A DNA stretch of 64,000 nt from Macrostomum lignano (GCA_002269645.1 NIVC01001788.1:38077-102076), one strand, 5' to 3'. Positions 1 to 13,011 are shown, numbered from the stretch's first letter. The notes: generated from the sequence alone by a model not told the origin. A program made the numbers and translations.

Positions 1-699
1 AGCCTGGTCGGTAGCAATCGACTGAGCATTTTGAACGGCGCAAAAGCACTGCAAGAATCTGTGTATCTCCGACAGCGAGTATTCGTAGCTGTCCTCAAAT
101 AGATTCAATTCCTCAGCTTTGTCTGTTCGTGATAATTTAAATAATCGAAAATATGTCTGCGCCTGATCGCTGCCGATTACGTAATAATGAGACGCTGTCT
201 CATAGACTGAGAACAGCTCTAGGCTGGACCAGCGCTGAGCGCTTAGCAACGGTGACGAACTGGCGGCCTGAAGTAATTCAGTTATCAATTAGGCAGGATG
301 TAACAGTATTAAATACCTCGCAAGTAAAACAAATCTTTCCCTAGTAAGCGACCATCGCCAAATGTCAGATATAGATCAACTAGGTGCTTTTTAGCCTAGA
401 TTTTTTGTGCCAGTTTAGCGCTTGTGTCATGCCTAACACGCCAATTTGAGTTCCTATCAATAATAGCTTTGTATGTTTTTAATCTACGTATAGTAGCTAC
501 TCACAATTGTAAAAAAGCAAAGAAAACAAAGCTTGCAATTATTTTTTTGATCCAGGAAGAGCCAAAAAGTTTTATTTTGACCTGCTTTATAGTTCAAGCC
601 GCTCAGAAAAGTACTGCGGGGGTAATCGGGCCCTATGCTGCAAGCATTCAGTTTGAAAACAACCCCAGTTCTTAACAGTGGCACTGATATTCAATGTCA

Positions 700-1047
700 T
701 TAGCCGAACAGGTCGAAGCCCATGTCATCGTCGGATTCGGACTCCGGCTCCGGCTCCTTGGCTTTGCCCTTGGCCGCTGCCGGCTCTGCAGCGGCGGCGG
801 CGGCTTCCGGAGCGGCGGCTCCAGCGGCCGGAGCGGCGCCAACAGAGGAGCCGACATTGGACAGCAGGTCCTTGACCTTCACGCCGCTAAGGGCCCGAGC
901 GAACATGTTGGGCCAGAACGGCTCCACGGTGACGCCGGCGGCCTTCAGGATGGCGGAGATCTTGTCGCCGGTGACCTCAACGTCGTCATCGGCCAGAATG
1001 AGGGCCGCGTATGTGCAGGCCATCTCGCTCAGGTTCTCTGCTGACAT
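700..1047 (-). CDS. RPLP1: 60S acidic ribosomal protein P1, copy 1 (115 aa, intronless CDS)
   Basis: N-terminal [44 protein letters not shown], Ala/Pro hinge and acidic tail [12 protein letters not shown]. Splice acceptor ttttcag lies 14 nt upstream of the ATG. Confidence 0.96.
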   Translation of the reverse strand: MSAENLSEMACTYAALILADDDVEVTGDKISAILKAAGVTVEPFWPNMFARALSGVKVKDLLSNVGSSVGAAPAAGAAAPEAAAAAAEPAAAKGKAKEPEPESESDDDMGFDLFG

Positions 1048-1260
1048 TGTGGACTCTCCGTCTGAAAAGTGTCAAAAAGTTGGAATGAGTAAAAAATATG
1101 AAACAACTACTTCAAGTAGCAATAGCGTGGGAATGGCCGAAAGCATATCTAAGATATTGGCACGAAACAGAACTGAATAAATTATATCAAATTTAACAGT
1201 CGCTCAAGGCTAAGCTACAATCCATGCTAGTTTTCATGTCAAAAATAATATCACCAGTAC

Positions 1261-1722
1261 CTGTCAAGGCTTACTGGGGGGGATTGCTGAGATGTCAAGG
1301 CTTACTGGGGGAATTCCTGAGATGTCAAGGCTTACTGGGGAATTGCTGAGCTGTCAAGGTTTACTGGGGGAATCGCTGAGATGTCAAGGCTTACACTGGG
1401 GGAATCGCTGAGATGTCAAGGCTTACACTGGGGGAATCGCTGAGATGTCAAGGCTTACTGGGGAATTGCTGAGCTGTCAAGGTTTACTGGGGGAATCGCT
1501 GAGATGTCAAGGCTTACACTGGGGGAATCGCTGAGATGTCAAGGCTTACTGGGGAATTGCTGAGCTGTCAAGGTTTACTGGGGGAATCGCTGAGATGTCA
1601 AGGCTTACACTGGGGGAATCGCTGAGATGTCAAGGCTTACTGGGGAATTGCTGAGCTGTCAAGGTTTACTGGGGGAATCGCTGAGATGTCAAAGTTTACG
1701 GGGGGATGCTTAGATGTCAAGG
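1261..1722. repeat. ~30-bp minisatellite (ctgagatgtcaaggcttactgggggaatcg) with 29-32 bp variants
   Basis: About 15 tandem units directly visible between the two RPLP1 copies. Confidence 0.95.
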
Positions 1723-2278
1723 CAAATAGGACTCACATAATTTTCGTTCCTTGCTTATTGGTCGACCCTAAGGGGGGCACTAGATTGCTAGTAATTCCTA
1801 AACCTCACCTGTGGCGTTTAATATTGCACAGTAATATATTTTTACGCGAATTGCTACACTGCCGCTTAAATACTGCTGTCAAAAAACCTTCTGTCACTCT
1901 TTTGAAAGGAATAGAGCTCCATGGACCATGGTACCTATGTGATAGAAGTAGAACTGGTGAATTCAATTTGTTCGTCTGTTATATATAATTTCCATTGAAG
2001 CTTTCATTTCGGCATCAAAGTTTCAGACCTAGGATTACTAAGAAAAATTAATATCCATAGGTAAAATCAATATTATACTACCCTCAGCTCAAAATTAGCA
2101 CACAAAAACAATAAAAAGGAACAAGTTAAACCAAATTCTTCAATCTATATTGCCATCAAGCCATTGCATCTCCAAGCATTTATTAACTACTTAACAACTG
2201 TCGCTAAGGAAGTACAGCGGAATTCAGTCAGTTACACAATGCGGCACCCAGACAGATTGGCACTGATATCAAATGTCA

Positions 2279-2626
2279 TTAGCCGAACAGGTCGAAGCCC
2301 ATGTCATCGTCAGATTCGGACTCCGGCTCCGGCTCCTTGGCTTTGCCCTTGGCCGCTGCCGGCTCTGCAGCGGCGGCGGCGGCTTCCGGAGCGGCGGCTC
2401 CAGCGGCCGGAGCGGCGCCAACAGAGGAGCCGACATTGGACAGCAGGTCCTTGACCTTCACGCCGCTGAGGGCCCGAGCGAACATGTTGGGCCAGAACGG
2501 CTCCACGGTGACGCCGGCGGCCTTCAGGATGGCGGAGATCTTGTCGCCGGTGACCTCAACGTCGTCATCGGCCAGAATGAGGGCCGCGTAGGTGCAGGCC
2601 ATCTCGCTCAGGTTCTCTGCTGACAT
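2279..2626 (-). CDS. RPLP1: 60S acidic ribosomal protein P1, copy 2 (115 aa, same protein as copy 1)
   Basis: Differs from copy 1 at three synonymous sites by eye. ATG at 2626, with acceptor tttccag 14 nt upstream. The longer ORF-track start at 2695 runs through intron-like AT-rich sequence. Confidence 0.95.
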   Translation of the reverse strand: MSAENLSEMACTYAALILADDDVEVTGDKISAILKAAGVTVEPFWPNMFARALSGVKVKDLLSNVGSSVGAAPAAGAAAPEAAAAAAEPAAAKGKAKEPEPESESDDDMGFDLFG

Positions 2627-3467
2627 TGTGGACTCGCTGACTGGAAATATATCATAATGGACATGAATATTATCTGATAGCCAAATGCAGATCAATACAG
2701 TGGAATGCTAATATCTTAGGTTAGAAATTTTTATATCAAGGACTAACACTTTTCTGCTTTGATCACTTTAACCCATAACAAACAAGAATAAAATAATAGC
2801 CAGTGTATAATGTTTTGGTGGGGGCTAATGTTAAGATGAATGTTTTCACTTTCAATGCAGGGGAGCCCTAAGTGATAAGTCCCTGGAGTTAGAGACAGGG
2901 ATAGGGTTGGGATGTTAGGGACTAAATTTAAAATGATGTAACATTCATAAAATTTACACATTTATAAAATTTATTAAACATTATAAATGTTATGAAAATA
3001 TTTTGTACTAAAAAGTAACTTTTTTTCATTAACTAGAAAGCAATGCAACACAATAGTTTTATGATTGATTTAGAGGTATTGTAAGCATGGGATACAGACT
3101 ATTGAATTGAATCAGTTGATGATAGACCTATTATTAAATAAATAATGCAAATAAATTTTACTTATTACCCATATTAAAAATACACAAGCCTATTTTTATA
3201 CAACTGGCTAATCATTGTACCTTCAATATAGACCCTTTTTAATGACATGTATCTATCCAACTTTGAAATTTCACCTAGCTGATGCAACCTAGTTGCTTTT
3301 GGCTGCAACATAGTCTTTGTTTTCATTTTTCATTGTTTTTTCTCTTTTTTTGGTTTTCCCCTTTTTTATCTAAATTATTTCTTTCAAGTTGGTATTATAT
3401 ACAAAGGGAAATCAAAAAGTAATGATAATTTTGTTCTCATAAGTATCAAACTTTACAAATGGGAATA

Positions 3468-4497
3468 TACTTTTTTACATAGTCTCCCTTCCAAGGTCAG
3501 GCACCTCTCCATGTGGTGTTGCCATCTCTCTAGGCCATACACATAGAACTCAGGAGGCTGTGCAGCAAGCCACTGTATAGTAGCCTTTTGGCAGCCTCTT
3601 TGTCCTTATGTTGGACTCCTTTGATTGCTTCCTTTAGCTTAGTAAACAAAAAAATCCAAAGGAGCTAAATCAAGGCTATATGGAGGATGCTGGAGGTTTT
3701 CCCAGCAGAAATCTTGCAGGGCTTCATGGTAGAGCCAAGAAGTCTGGGTTGGTATATCATCATGGTGAAAGAGAATCCAAGATTACAACTTCCCAGGTCA
3801 CTTTTTGGCCAGTTTAGAGCAGAGCTTTCGCAGAAGCAACTCATATTAGGTGGCATTAATAGTCTTCTGGCTTTTCAAGAAGTCTACCATCACTACTCTT
3901 TTAACTTCCTAGAAGATGGTTGCCAAGACCTTTGCTGTAAACCCTTCGATACAGAACTTCTTGGGGCCTACTAAACCTTGTGGCAGCCAACCCTTGGATT
4001 GGACCTTGAACTTGGGATTGTACTAAAATATCCATGTTTTATCCCCAGTCACTAAGCATTGACATAAGTTTTCTAAATCAGCATCTAAGCAGTTCAATAG
4101 GTTGATGGCGCTCTCAGTGCACTGAACCCAGTGTTCAGGCCATAATAGCTGCGAGACCCAGGGAGCACTCAGTTTGCTTAGACCAAGACAGTCTATCATA
4201 GTAAAGTGAGAACTGCCATGAGAAATACCCACTTGGTCAACAATATTGTCTATGGTCACATATCAATCCTACTCAAGTACCTACTACATAGCTACCATAT
4301 TTTACTTTTGTGCACAATGTTATGTGCCTTTTAGACCACTGGGAGTCTTCCACAGACTTTTGGCCTTTCTTGAAAGTCTGAATCTAATAGTAAACATTTG
4401 GATCTGGTAGAGCAATGTCCCCATAGACCTTTTTCAAAGCATCAATGATTTAGGCTGGCTTCCAACCAAGTTTTAAAAGAAACTTCATGTTAATGCA
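3468..4497 (-). pseudogene. Degraded mariner-family transposase
   Basis: Fragments MKFLLKLGWKP, VGISHGSSH..LSKLSAPWVSQLL..LVTGDKTW, ILFHHDD, HPPYSLDLAPLDF and WLAAQPPEFY..ERCLTLEGDYV match the mariner WVP, D,D34D and YSPDLAP motifs; many stops and frameshifts. Confidence 0.88.
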
Positions 4498-6662
4498 AGC
4501 TTTGATTTTTTAATTTTCCATTGCTAAAAGGGTATACTATGATTAGAGCATTACCATGCAAATATCAATCACTTAAGAACCAAAACTGTCAAATAAAGAG
4601 CAAAAGATGTTTTTCAAATGAAACCAGTTGCAGTTCAATAGGCCCTTACCTCTTATATTTAAGGTGTTACAACAAAATTATTATTACTGTTTTACTTCCC
4701 CTCATCAATAACCTTGGGCCTTGGCTGGACTAGCCTAGACTTTTACCACCTAGCTAAATTGGCTAGGTACTAGGTTGGCTAAGTTTTAATAAGCATGTAT
4801 AATAGCATAGCATAGCATGTTTAAATAAAAGAAAGTAGTTGTTTTTATTATTTGTTAGTGACTATTACTAATAGGCTTACTAACTATAAGAATAGCAGAG
4901 ATTATTGAAGAAAAAATGCAGAACCCAACCAAACATTCCTAAATAAGAAGTGGTGCACTGGTGCAATGTGCCAGTTTAAATATGTCTGTCTGTCGTCTGT
5001 GTATCTCAAGTGGCTATTGAGTCTGCAGTTCAACATTTATTCCAAGAGGGAGAACTCATTTAAAGTTATCAGAAAGGACATAGAGACAAGGCAAAAAATA
5101 AGCTACAATGCAATGAATCAATAATTAGGCCTATTTATTAATTGTCGACTATCGAGTGACTTGAGTTTACAATCTACATACACACTTAACTATATATTTT
5201 ACAACAACAAGCGAACTTATATTGTAAAGTTGTAGCATATGCCCCAGGCGCCTGACTAAAGTTGCTAGATAACTTAGTTAATATCGAAAAGAAAACTTTC
5301 AGTTGTGATGATAATTTTTTAGATTTTAGTTGATTGTCCTGATTCCAAATTTTCAAATTGTAGCTAGCTAAACAAAATTATAATAGCTTATGCTAATAAC
5401 TAAATCTGAAGATAATAAGCTTACATTTGCTGTCTTGAATATTCTTTTTTGTGAGTAAATTAAAAGACAAATGGAATCTACAGTCGTTGGACTGAGCCTT
5501 AGACAATATTTTTAAATGTCAATTATTTTTCGTGTATCGGACGAATCCGTCTACTTTTAACCTCATTCTACACTACTGCAATTTTCCATGAATAACTTTA
5601 TATTAAACACGTTAAATGTAAAAGAAGTTGTACTTACTTGACTCCTTTATGAGGCATTTCTGGATCGACATATTGTATTCAATGTATTTTAACATCAAAG
5701 ATACGGTTTAGATGCTGTGTTTTCCATTCGAACACTGACTTCTGCTTCAGTGCTTCAGTCAGTTCAGCTGATCTTCTAATCCACGATTTTTAATAGGATT
5801 TAATATTGCTAGTACTAATACCGAGCTTTCTTTTATTATCTACCTCAAATAAGTCTAGGCCCGTTTGAGAACTTGTGACTGTTTTTGTTTGTTATCAAAA
5901 CAAAGTATCTGTGGCAATAATAATCATTGAAAATATGGCTAGTAATAGAAATACGTTTTGTCTCAATTTGACAATTTGTTATGCAGCAATGCGTAAGCCA
6001 GCGCTTAGTACTCGTAGTATACTGACAGTACAAGGTCAAAACCTACATTTAGTTAATTCAAAATAGTTATTTATTTATTTGTTGCCTCCTAAATAGGGGG
6101 CATAAATAGCTAGTTTCTTTCTTTATAGGTCAAGTTTTTATATTTATTGATACTTTCTATTTTGTTAATATCATTTCTAAAACTAGACTGTATAGTAGAG
6201 TTTTTTTATGCCTATCTGTGGCCCATAAATATTATAATAATACCAATATATAGTAGCATCTTGCATGCTATTATTAATTATAGGGCTTTATCTAAATGCC
6301 AATGATGTCTATTTTTTTATTTCATAAAACCTTGGCTTAATATTTGATTAGTTTGATCTTTGATTTGAGTATGATCTTTAAAAAAGAGTTTTAAAGAAAA
6401 TAATTTATAAAATTTAATGATTGCTTAATGATAATTAAACTGAAACAATCAAAACTAAAACTAAAATATTAGTTAATCTAGTTGTCTTGTATAATAGGAT
6501 AATCCTGTCTAAACAAAAAATTTTGATAGGATTTCAATATCTTTGACTCTTTTAAAGTTGCTAGATATTTTTTAATTTAAATATAATTTGCTATTAAGCT
6601 AATTTAATTATTAAAATAGAGTCTAACCTAGCGTAAGTTTTAATAGTTTGCTATTTGTATAC

Positions 6663-7171
6663 CACACTCCGGATCATGTAGTATATGCCCAAAAATTTGG
6701 GCGTGCATTGCCCTTGCATGCCAAAATTAGGTGTGCACAGTTGGCGTGCATCACTCCTGAGAAAATAGTATGTGTACATACCTGGTATGCACTTTATAGA
6801 ATCACAATTTTTAGTATTAGAATCACATATAAGAGTTATTGTGAAGTAAATAAAAATGAAAAAAAGTTAATTTTTAAGGGTAAATTTCAAGCTTTCCAGT
6901 TTTTCAAGCTCATAAAAAAGCATATAAACAAATCTTTGCATGCATTGCTCTAAATAATATTGCCAAAAAAGCATAAAAATCAACCAAATTATGTGCTAAT
7001 AAGGGTCTATTAGGCAATTTAAAAAAGGTCATTTATTATCACAACATAAAAAATGTCATTTATTGTCGCAACAACAGCATATTTTTTAGAATGGGCATGC
7101 ACTAAATTTTTTTGGCATGTTTTTGAAACTATTCATTTTTTTAGGCATGCACCAGCATGATCCAGACTATG
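6663..7171. mobile_element. ~510-bp MITE-like interspersed repeat, copy A
   Basis: Imperfect 16-bp TIRs (cacactccggatcatg / catagtctggatcatg, 13/16 identical); alignable inverted copy at 55213-55746. Confidence 0.7.
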
Positions 7172-7719
7172 GTGTATACATAGACTAGGTCTTTTAGTTT
7201 TAGAATATATAATTAAAAATCTTACTCTTAGCCTCAATCCTAACTATGGCTATAGCTAAAAGGCCTTACATTGTTAGTTCCTTTGAGATTTATATCTTTT
7301 AGGTAGAGAAAGCCTAGCTAGCTTTTGGATAATTTTTTTAGCCTAGGATATCAATAATAGTATGATATAGTTAAATAATTAATAATTAATAATTAATCAA
7401 TAATATTTATACTTTGATTAGCATCTTAGCAATGCTTTGGCATTTAAAAAACTACCCTTGAGCCTTAGTATCTTTACAACATTCACTTGAACCTTAGCAT
7501 CTTAGCACTTTTCTTTAAGCCTTGGCATCAAAAATTTCTATTTGCACCTTAGTATTTTAATAGTTTTCTTTGAGCATTGGCATCAGTAGCTTCCACTTGA
7601 GCCTTAGTATCTTAATTCAAACATACAAACAAACCTTAGAGATTTAGTATATTTAGATTAGATAGTTTTCTTTCAGCATTGGCATCAGGAACCTTCACTT
7701 GAGCCTTAGTATCTTAATA

Positions 7720-8436
7720 TTGGTTTTTGCATGCTAAGTGAGACATTTTTCAAGCAATCTGAGACTGAATAGCAAAAACACTATTGTCTATGGCCACCCC
7801 TCGCTGCAGCCCAGCTTTTTGGGCGCGCCTTGCAAGTAAAGTGAGACATTTTTTTCAAGCTAAGTGAGAACCATATTGAAAACAAAGGGGTGGTTTTACG
7901 AAATTACAAAATTATGTTCATCGCTCTAGCAATGGTGGATTCAGAGATAGCCGGCTTTTGTGGCAACTCCAAAGTCAGTTTTCTCTGCACATCCGTCAGA
8001 GGAACATAGGGATTTTGCTCAACTATCTGCTCAACGGCGTTCCGCATTTCAGCATCCATTTTTGTTGACCCCGGCTTGCGGCCACCGCGTTGCAACGCAT
8101 GGAATTCACCAGTAGCTGCGTAGCGACTCCATATCCGATAGGCCGTCTTCTTGTTCAGATTAAGGATTTTGGACGCAGTCGAAATTGAGTAACCATCTTC
8201 GACGGCATTGACCAGGCGCTCTCTATCCTCGTTGCTTGTTAGACGCAGTTGATTTTGCCATAGCCCAGCCTTTGTTTTCAATATGGTTCTCACTTAGCTT
8301 TAAAAAATTTCTCACTTTGCTTGCAAGGCGATCCCAAAAAGCTGGGCTGCAGCGAGGGGTGGCCATAGACAATAGTGTTTTTGCTATTCAGCCTCAGATT
8401 GCTTGAAAAATGTCTCACTTAGCATGCAAAAACCAA
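7720..8436 (-). mobile_element. 717-bp non-autonomous IS630-Tc1-mariner element with ~168-bp TIRs and TA TSD
   Basis: TIRs at 7720-7888 and 8269-8436 are near-perfect reverse complements. TA at 7718-7719 and 8437-8438; removing the element restores the host repeat unit atcttaatagttttc. Confidence 0.92.
7904..8293 (-). CDS. Transposase N-terminal paired-like double-HTH DNA-binding domain (129 aa, no DDE domain)
   Basis: RERLVNAVEDGYSISTASKILNLNKKTAYRIWSRY..RGGRKP..SESTIARA follows the HTH-linker-HTH pattern of Tc1/IS630 transposases; lies inside the TIR element. Confidence 0.75.
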   Translation of the reverse strand: MRTILKTKAGLWQNQLRLTSNEDRERLVNAVEDGYSISTASKILNLNKKTAYRIWSRYAATGEFHALQRGGRKPGSTKMDAEMRNAVEQIVEQNPYVPLTDVQRKLTLELPQKPAISESTIARAMNIIL

Positions 8437-8624
8437 TAGTTTTCTTTGAGCATTGCATATCAGCAACCTCCACTTGAGCCTTAGCATCTTATAAACTTCG
8501 CACTTGAGACCATAGAATCTTCGCATTTTTAGCATTCCACATTTATCATGGAAATCTCAGCAACTTTCCCTTAAGTCAGGAGCTAATCCTAACCCTTAAC
8601 TCTCCTTATCACTATAATGCTAGT

Positions 8625-8922
8625 CATACATGCGCAACAGTCGGCCGAGTCGGCCGATCCGGCCGACCGATTTGGCGGCCAATCAAGGAAGTCGCAAAAA
8701 TGCCCACCCAAAAAATAACCTGAAGAGTAGTACTAAGTAGCTGACGAGGCATTTTAGCTTAATAAAACAGTCATAGTTACTCCTGCCGTTTACCCAAAGT
8801 TGCGTTAATTTTGCTTTCGGGTTTTTTTATATGTAAGTCGCATTTTTGGCCAAAAACTACGTCGAATTTTTGTTAAAACTAAGTCGCACGGCTGACCGAA
8901 TTTTGGAGGTTGCACATGTATG
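8625..8922. mobile_element. 298-bp hAT-type MITE
   Basis: TIRs CATACATGCGCAAC / CATACATGTGCAAC; perfect 8-bp TSD ATGCTAGT at 8617-8624 and 8923-8930. An 8-bp TSD is typical of hAT. Confidence 0.88.
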
Positions 8923-9689
8923 ATGCTAGTTCCATACCCTAGTGATATCTGCACTAGACCACAGAATGTCTCCTGAGACTAAACAGACGATAGTACAATG
9001 TCAAAAGCTATTTATAGTCTCTGTATTGCAATTCCTTTTCAGAATCTTCATGCTTCAGTCTAGCATTACAGATGTAGGTTCGGGTGTTGCCTGAATGATT
9101 CGTGGAACTTGAACTCATTGCAAAATTCCTTTGAGGATTCTTACTACTTGAGCACTTCTCTTTGCGCTGCACACCGAACTTAATCTCCAAGCTTGAATTA
9201 GAGCCACTAAGGAGAGCCACTCTCCTCTAATCCAGTCTTGTCGCTTTAATCAGTTTGCTCCTCATCCAACTTGAGTGGATTAAATTTTGCTGAATTATCT
9301 CCATTTGCATTCGTCAGCTCTTCCTCCTTACCAGCCCATGCAGAGTCTCTCAGAAGTTGGACTCGACTCTCCCTTCACTGGGTGGCTCCTAAGATATGCT
9401 GCTTTTGTGTGTGCGCAAATGGCGGCCTTTTGTATGCATGTATCTTGTTTGAATACATAAATATTCTATTTTATAATAACTTATGCTGTCATGATTTCCA
9501 AATTTCAGTTATTACCGGTCTGAAATAAACTTAAAATCTAAAAATGCCTAAAACGGCTGAGTAACTATTGGCACTACAAACTGCAGCATTAGTTGCTGGG
9601 CGCTTCTTTGACAGCTTCGAAGGAGAGAAGACAGTCTTTGTTGGTTAGTATTTATGCATTCAATTTGTGTTTTGACTCTTTTAGACATA

Positions 9690-10262
9690 GAGGATCCACG
9701 GGTTGATGTACAGTAGCCATGAGGACACACGGGTTGATGTACAGTAGCCAGAGAAGATGCACGGGTTGATATACAATAGTCAGAGGACACAGGTTGATGT
9801 ATAGTAGCCAGAGAAAATGCACTGGTTGATGTACAGTAGCCATAGAGGACACGGGTTGATGTACAGTAGCCATAGAAGACACGGGTTGATGTACAGTAGC
9901 CATAGAGGACACGGGTTGATGTACAGTAGCCATAGAAGACACGGGTTGATGTACAGTAGCCATAGAGGACACGGGTTGATGTACAGTAGCCATAGAGGAC
10001 ACGGGTTGATGTACAATAGCCATAGAGGACACGAGTTGATGTATAGTAGCCAGAGAAGATGCACGGGTTGATATACAATAGTCAGAGGACACAGGTTGAT
10101 GTACAGTAGTCCTAGAGGACACGGGTTGATGTGCAGTAGCCATAGAAGATACACGGGTTAATGTAAAATAGTCTGAGGACACAGGTTGATGTATAGTAGC
10201 CAGAGAAGATACACGGGTTGATGTACAATAGTCATAGAAGATGCATGGGTTGATGTACAGTA
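9690..10262. repeat. 30-bp minisatellite (catagaggacacgggttgatgtacagtagc)
   Basis: Tandem units visible; explains the periodic ORFs at 9548-10182. Confidence 0.95.
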
Positions 10263-11224
10263 TCCAGAGAGGAAGTCGCCACTGTGACTGTGCAAATGAC
10301 CGGAGCGGACAGCAGCAGTGGTTTAGATTGTGACCAAATGACGGGACACTGGGATGTGAGGCGTCGAGCAGCTAAATGCATGTCACGCATAGCAACACTA
10401 GCAATCAGCAGCAGCAGTAAGCTGAAATACTTGCTAACAGGACCAGCGAATCCTTCGGGCTGCCGGTCAGATTCAGTTCAGATATAAAAAGGACTACGGA
10501 GGACGCTTGGCAAAACTTGGCCAGTTATGCAAATCAGAGCCTGGCGCTTTCACTTGGCCCCCGCCCTCTTTCCTTCCTCTAATCACGCTGAGCTGCGTCC
10601 TGGAAATTCCCCCCCCCTATATAATTCAGTCGGTTGGTTAGTCGGTCCGGCAGAGTTCGCCACTCCGAGGTTCGGGTAGGGTTGGGATGGACAGGGGGTT
10701 CTGTCCCAATTCCGGCACTCGGGGGAAAATTTCTAGTCCAATTGGGGATAGCTTGTTCTGGGATTGCAGTGGATCTACTTTATTTAGTATTATTACAAAT
10801 ATGACTGTTTACTATGGTGATGACGAATAATAATAGGTCCGCGCAATCTAGATCCTTGCCTTTGATTTGGCAGGACTCTTCAATTTCCTGGGCAATTTGG
10901 GGGGGGGGGTTGTTATATAATTTGCTATCAATGCAAGGTTGCATTAGGGTGTTTTTTCTCCCGCATTTAGCAGTAAATCTATCGCGCTATTCCGACTCAT
11001 CGAACTGAGCCGGCTAAAAAAGATATTCGCTATCTTATAGAGGGCACATTTAGAGAGCAAATCGTATTTTTGTTTCCTTCGCTCTTCCTCTAGAAGAGAT
11101 ATATAGGAGGTGTACTATCAGTGCATAGAGCAAATATTTGCTCTCGGGAACAGATAAGAGTAAGAGATGAATGACTGCTCTAGTAGTTACAAGTCCTTCA
11201 AATTTGTGTTCAAAAGCTTCAAAC

Positions 11225-12335
11225 CCAGATCCCCAGTTGCTGGGCCACCCTACCAGATCCTCAGTTGCTGGGCCACCCTCCCAGACACTCAGTTGCTGGG
11301 CCAGCCTCCCAGATTCTCAGTTGCTGAGCCAGCCTCCCAGATCCTCAGTTGCTGAGCCAGCCTCCCAGATCCTCAGTTGCTGGGCCAGCCTCCCAGATCG
11401 TCAGTTGCTGGGCTAACATCCCAGATCCTCAGTTTCTGGGCCAGCCTCCCAGATCGTCAGTTGCTGGGCTAACATCCCAGATCCTCAGTTTCTGAGCCAC
11501 ACTCCCATATCGTCAGTTGCTGAACCAGCCTCCCAAATCCTCAGTTGCTGAGCCACACTCCCAGATCGTCAGTTGCTGAGCCAGCCTCCCAGATCCTCAG
11601 TTGCTGGGCCAGCATCTCAGATCCTCAGTTGCTGGGCCAGCCTCCCAGATCCTCAGTTGCTGGGCCAGCCTCCCAGATCTTCAGTTGCTGAGCCAGCCTC
11701 CCAGATCCTCAGTTGCTGGGCCACCCTCGCAGATCCTCAGTTGCTGGGCCAGCATCTCAGATCCTCAGTTGCTGGGCCACCCTCGCAGATCCTCAGTTGC
11801 TGGGTCAGCATCTCAGATCCTCAGTTGCTGAGCCAGCCTCCCAGATCCTCAGTTGCTGGGCCACCCTCGCAGATCCTCAGTTGCTGGGCCAGCCTCCCAG
11901 ATCCTCAGCTGCTGGGCCAGCCTCCCAGATCCTCAGCTTCTGGGCCAGCCTCCCAGATCCTCAGTTGCTGGGCCAGCCTCCCAGATCCTCAGTTGCTGAG
12001 CCAGACTCCCAGATCCTCAGTTGCTGAGCCAGCCTCCCAGATCCTCAGCTTCTGGGCCAGCCTCCCAGATCCTCAGTTGCTGAGCCACACTCCCAGATCC
12101 TCAGTTGCTGAGCCAGCCTCCCAGATCCTCAGCTGCTGGGCCAGCCTCCCAGATCCTCAGCTTCTGGGCCAGCCTCCCAGATCCTCAGTTGCTGAGCCAC
12201 ACTCCCAGATCCTCAGTTGCTGAGCCAGCCTCCCAGATCCTCAGCTGCTGGGCCAGCCTCCCAGATCCTCAGCTTCTGGGCCAGCCTCCCAGGTCCTCAG
12301 TTGCTGAGTCAGATCTGTTGCTGGGCCAGCCTCCT
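11225..12335. repeat. 28-bp minisatellite (ggccagcctcccagatcctcagttgctg)
   Basis: About 39 units; the 28-aa periodicity of overlapping ORFs equals three units. Confidence 0.96.
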
Positions 12336-12824
12336 GGATTCTTGCATCAAGCTGACTTCTTGTTAGAGGGTGCGGCTATCCAGGCAGAACGTATTTACAC
12401 TGCAAGCTAATTGAACAGTCAAAGGCTATCTAAAAAACAAGCTGGCGGATAGAAAAAAACTTTCTTGAGCTACTGCACTGTAATTACTTGGCGAATTGGC
12501 TAATCCCATGGGCTAATTAGCTATGCTCTAATAGTCGTTGAAGCTGCAAGAAATCCTATTTCTCTCTCTCTTTCTGTCTTGCGAGTAGGTGAGGCCTTCT
12601 TTCTTTAACTTCACAGGAGAGATGGTCGGGTAGGGGGGGGGGGTAGAGGTGAGTCCGCATTGAGCATGTTGCATTCCCCCTGTATATGCGACCCGCGACT
12701 TCGGCTACTTTGCTACTTTTCCCCCAATAGCAATCCCAAATTTTTTTCTCTATGCGCGCCGCGTTTCGTGCAGCCCCCTCGGCGTAGACTGGTCCGGTTA
12801 GTGGGATAGAATTTGTGCAGTAGA

Positions 12825-13011
12825 TATATATATAAGGCTAAGACTCTAAAGGCTCAGCTCGTTCAACCTGCTAATTAAGCTGCTACTGCTGCTGCTGCTG
12901 TATCTTATTGACGCTGCTTTGAAGATTTCCCAGTGCTGCCTGTCTTCAGCTACCCCTGATTGGATGATTCGACTGACTTCAGTGATGAAGGAGAGGGTGG
13001 GTGGGGGTAGG
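12825..13011 (+). promoter_or_regulatory. Candidate TATA box and first exon of the FAM53-like gene
   Basis: tatatatataagg at ~12825-12837 after a GC-rich stretch. ATG at 12964 gives MIRLTSVMKERVGGGR, ending at donor agg|gtaagc (phase 0), compatible with the phase-0 acceptor at 14296. Inference only. Confidence 0.35.

Larger units (their letters stand above)
7400..8570. repeat. Degenerate tandem repeat (acttgagccttagtatctt-like), interrupted by a Tc1-like element
   Basis: Repeated ttgagccttag(t/c)atctt and tagttttctttgagcattg motifs on both sides of the insertion. Confidence 0.7.

Noticed and set aside
5638-5720. Possible upstream exon of RPLP1 copy 2 (donor caa|gtaagt, in frame with the acceptor near 2640)
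   Set aside because: Frame compatibility has a one-in-three chance, the extension is not seen in P1 proteins, and there is no other support.
9008-9400. Protein-like, stop-interrupted minus-strand stretch
   Set aside because: No recognisable family and no coherent splice structure.
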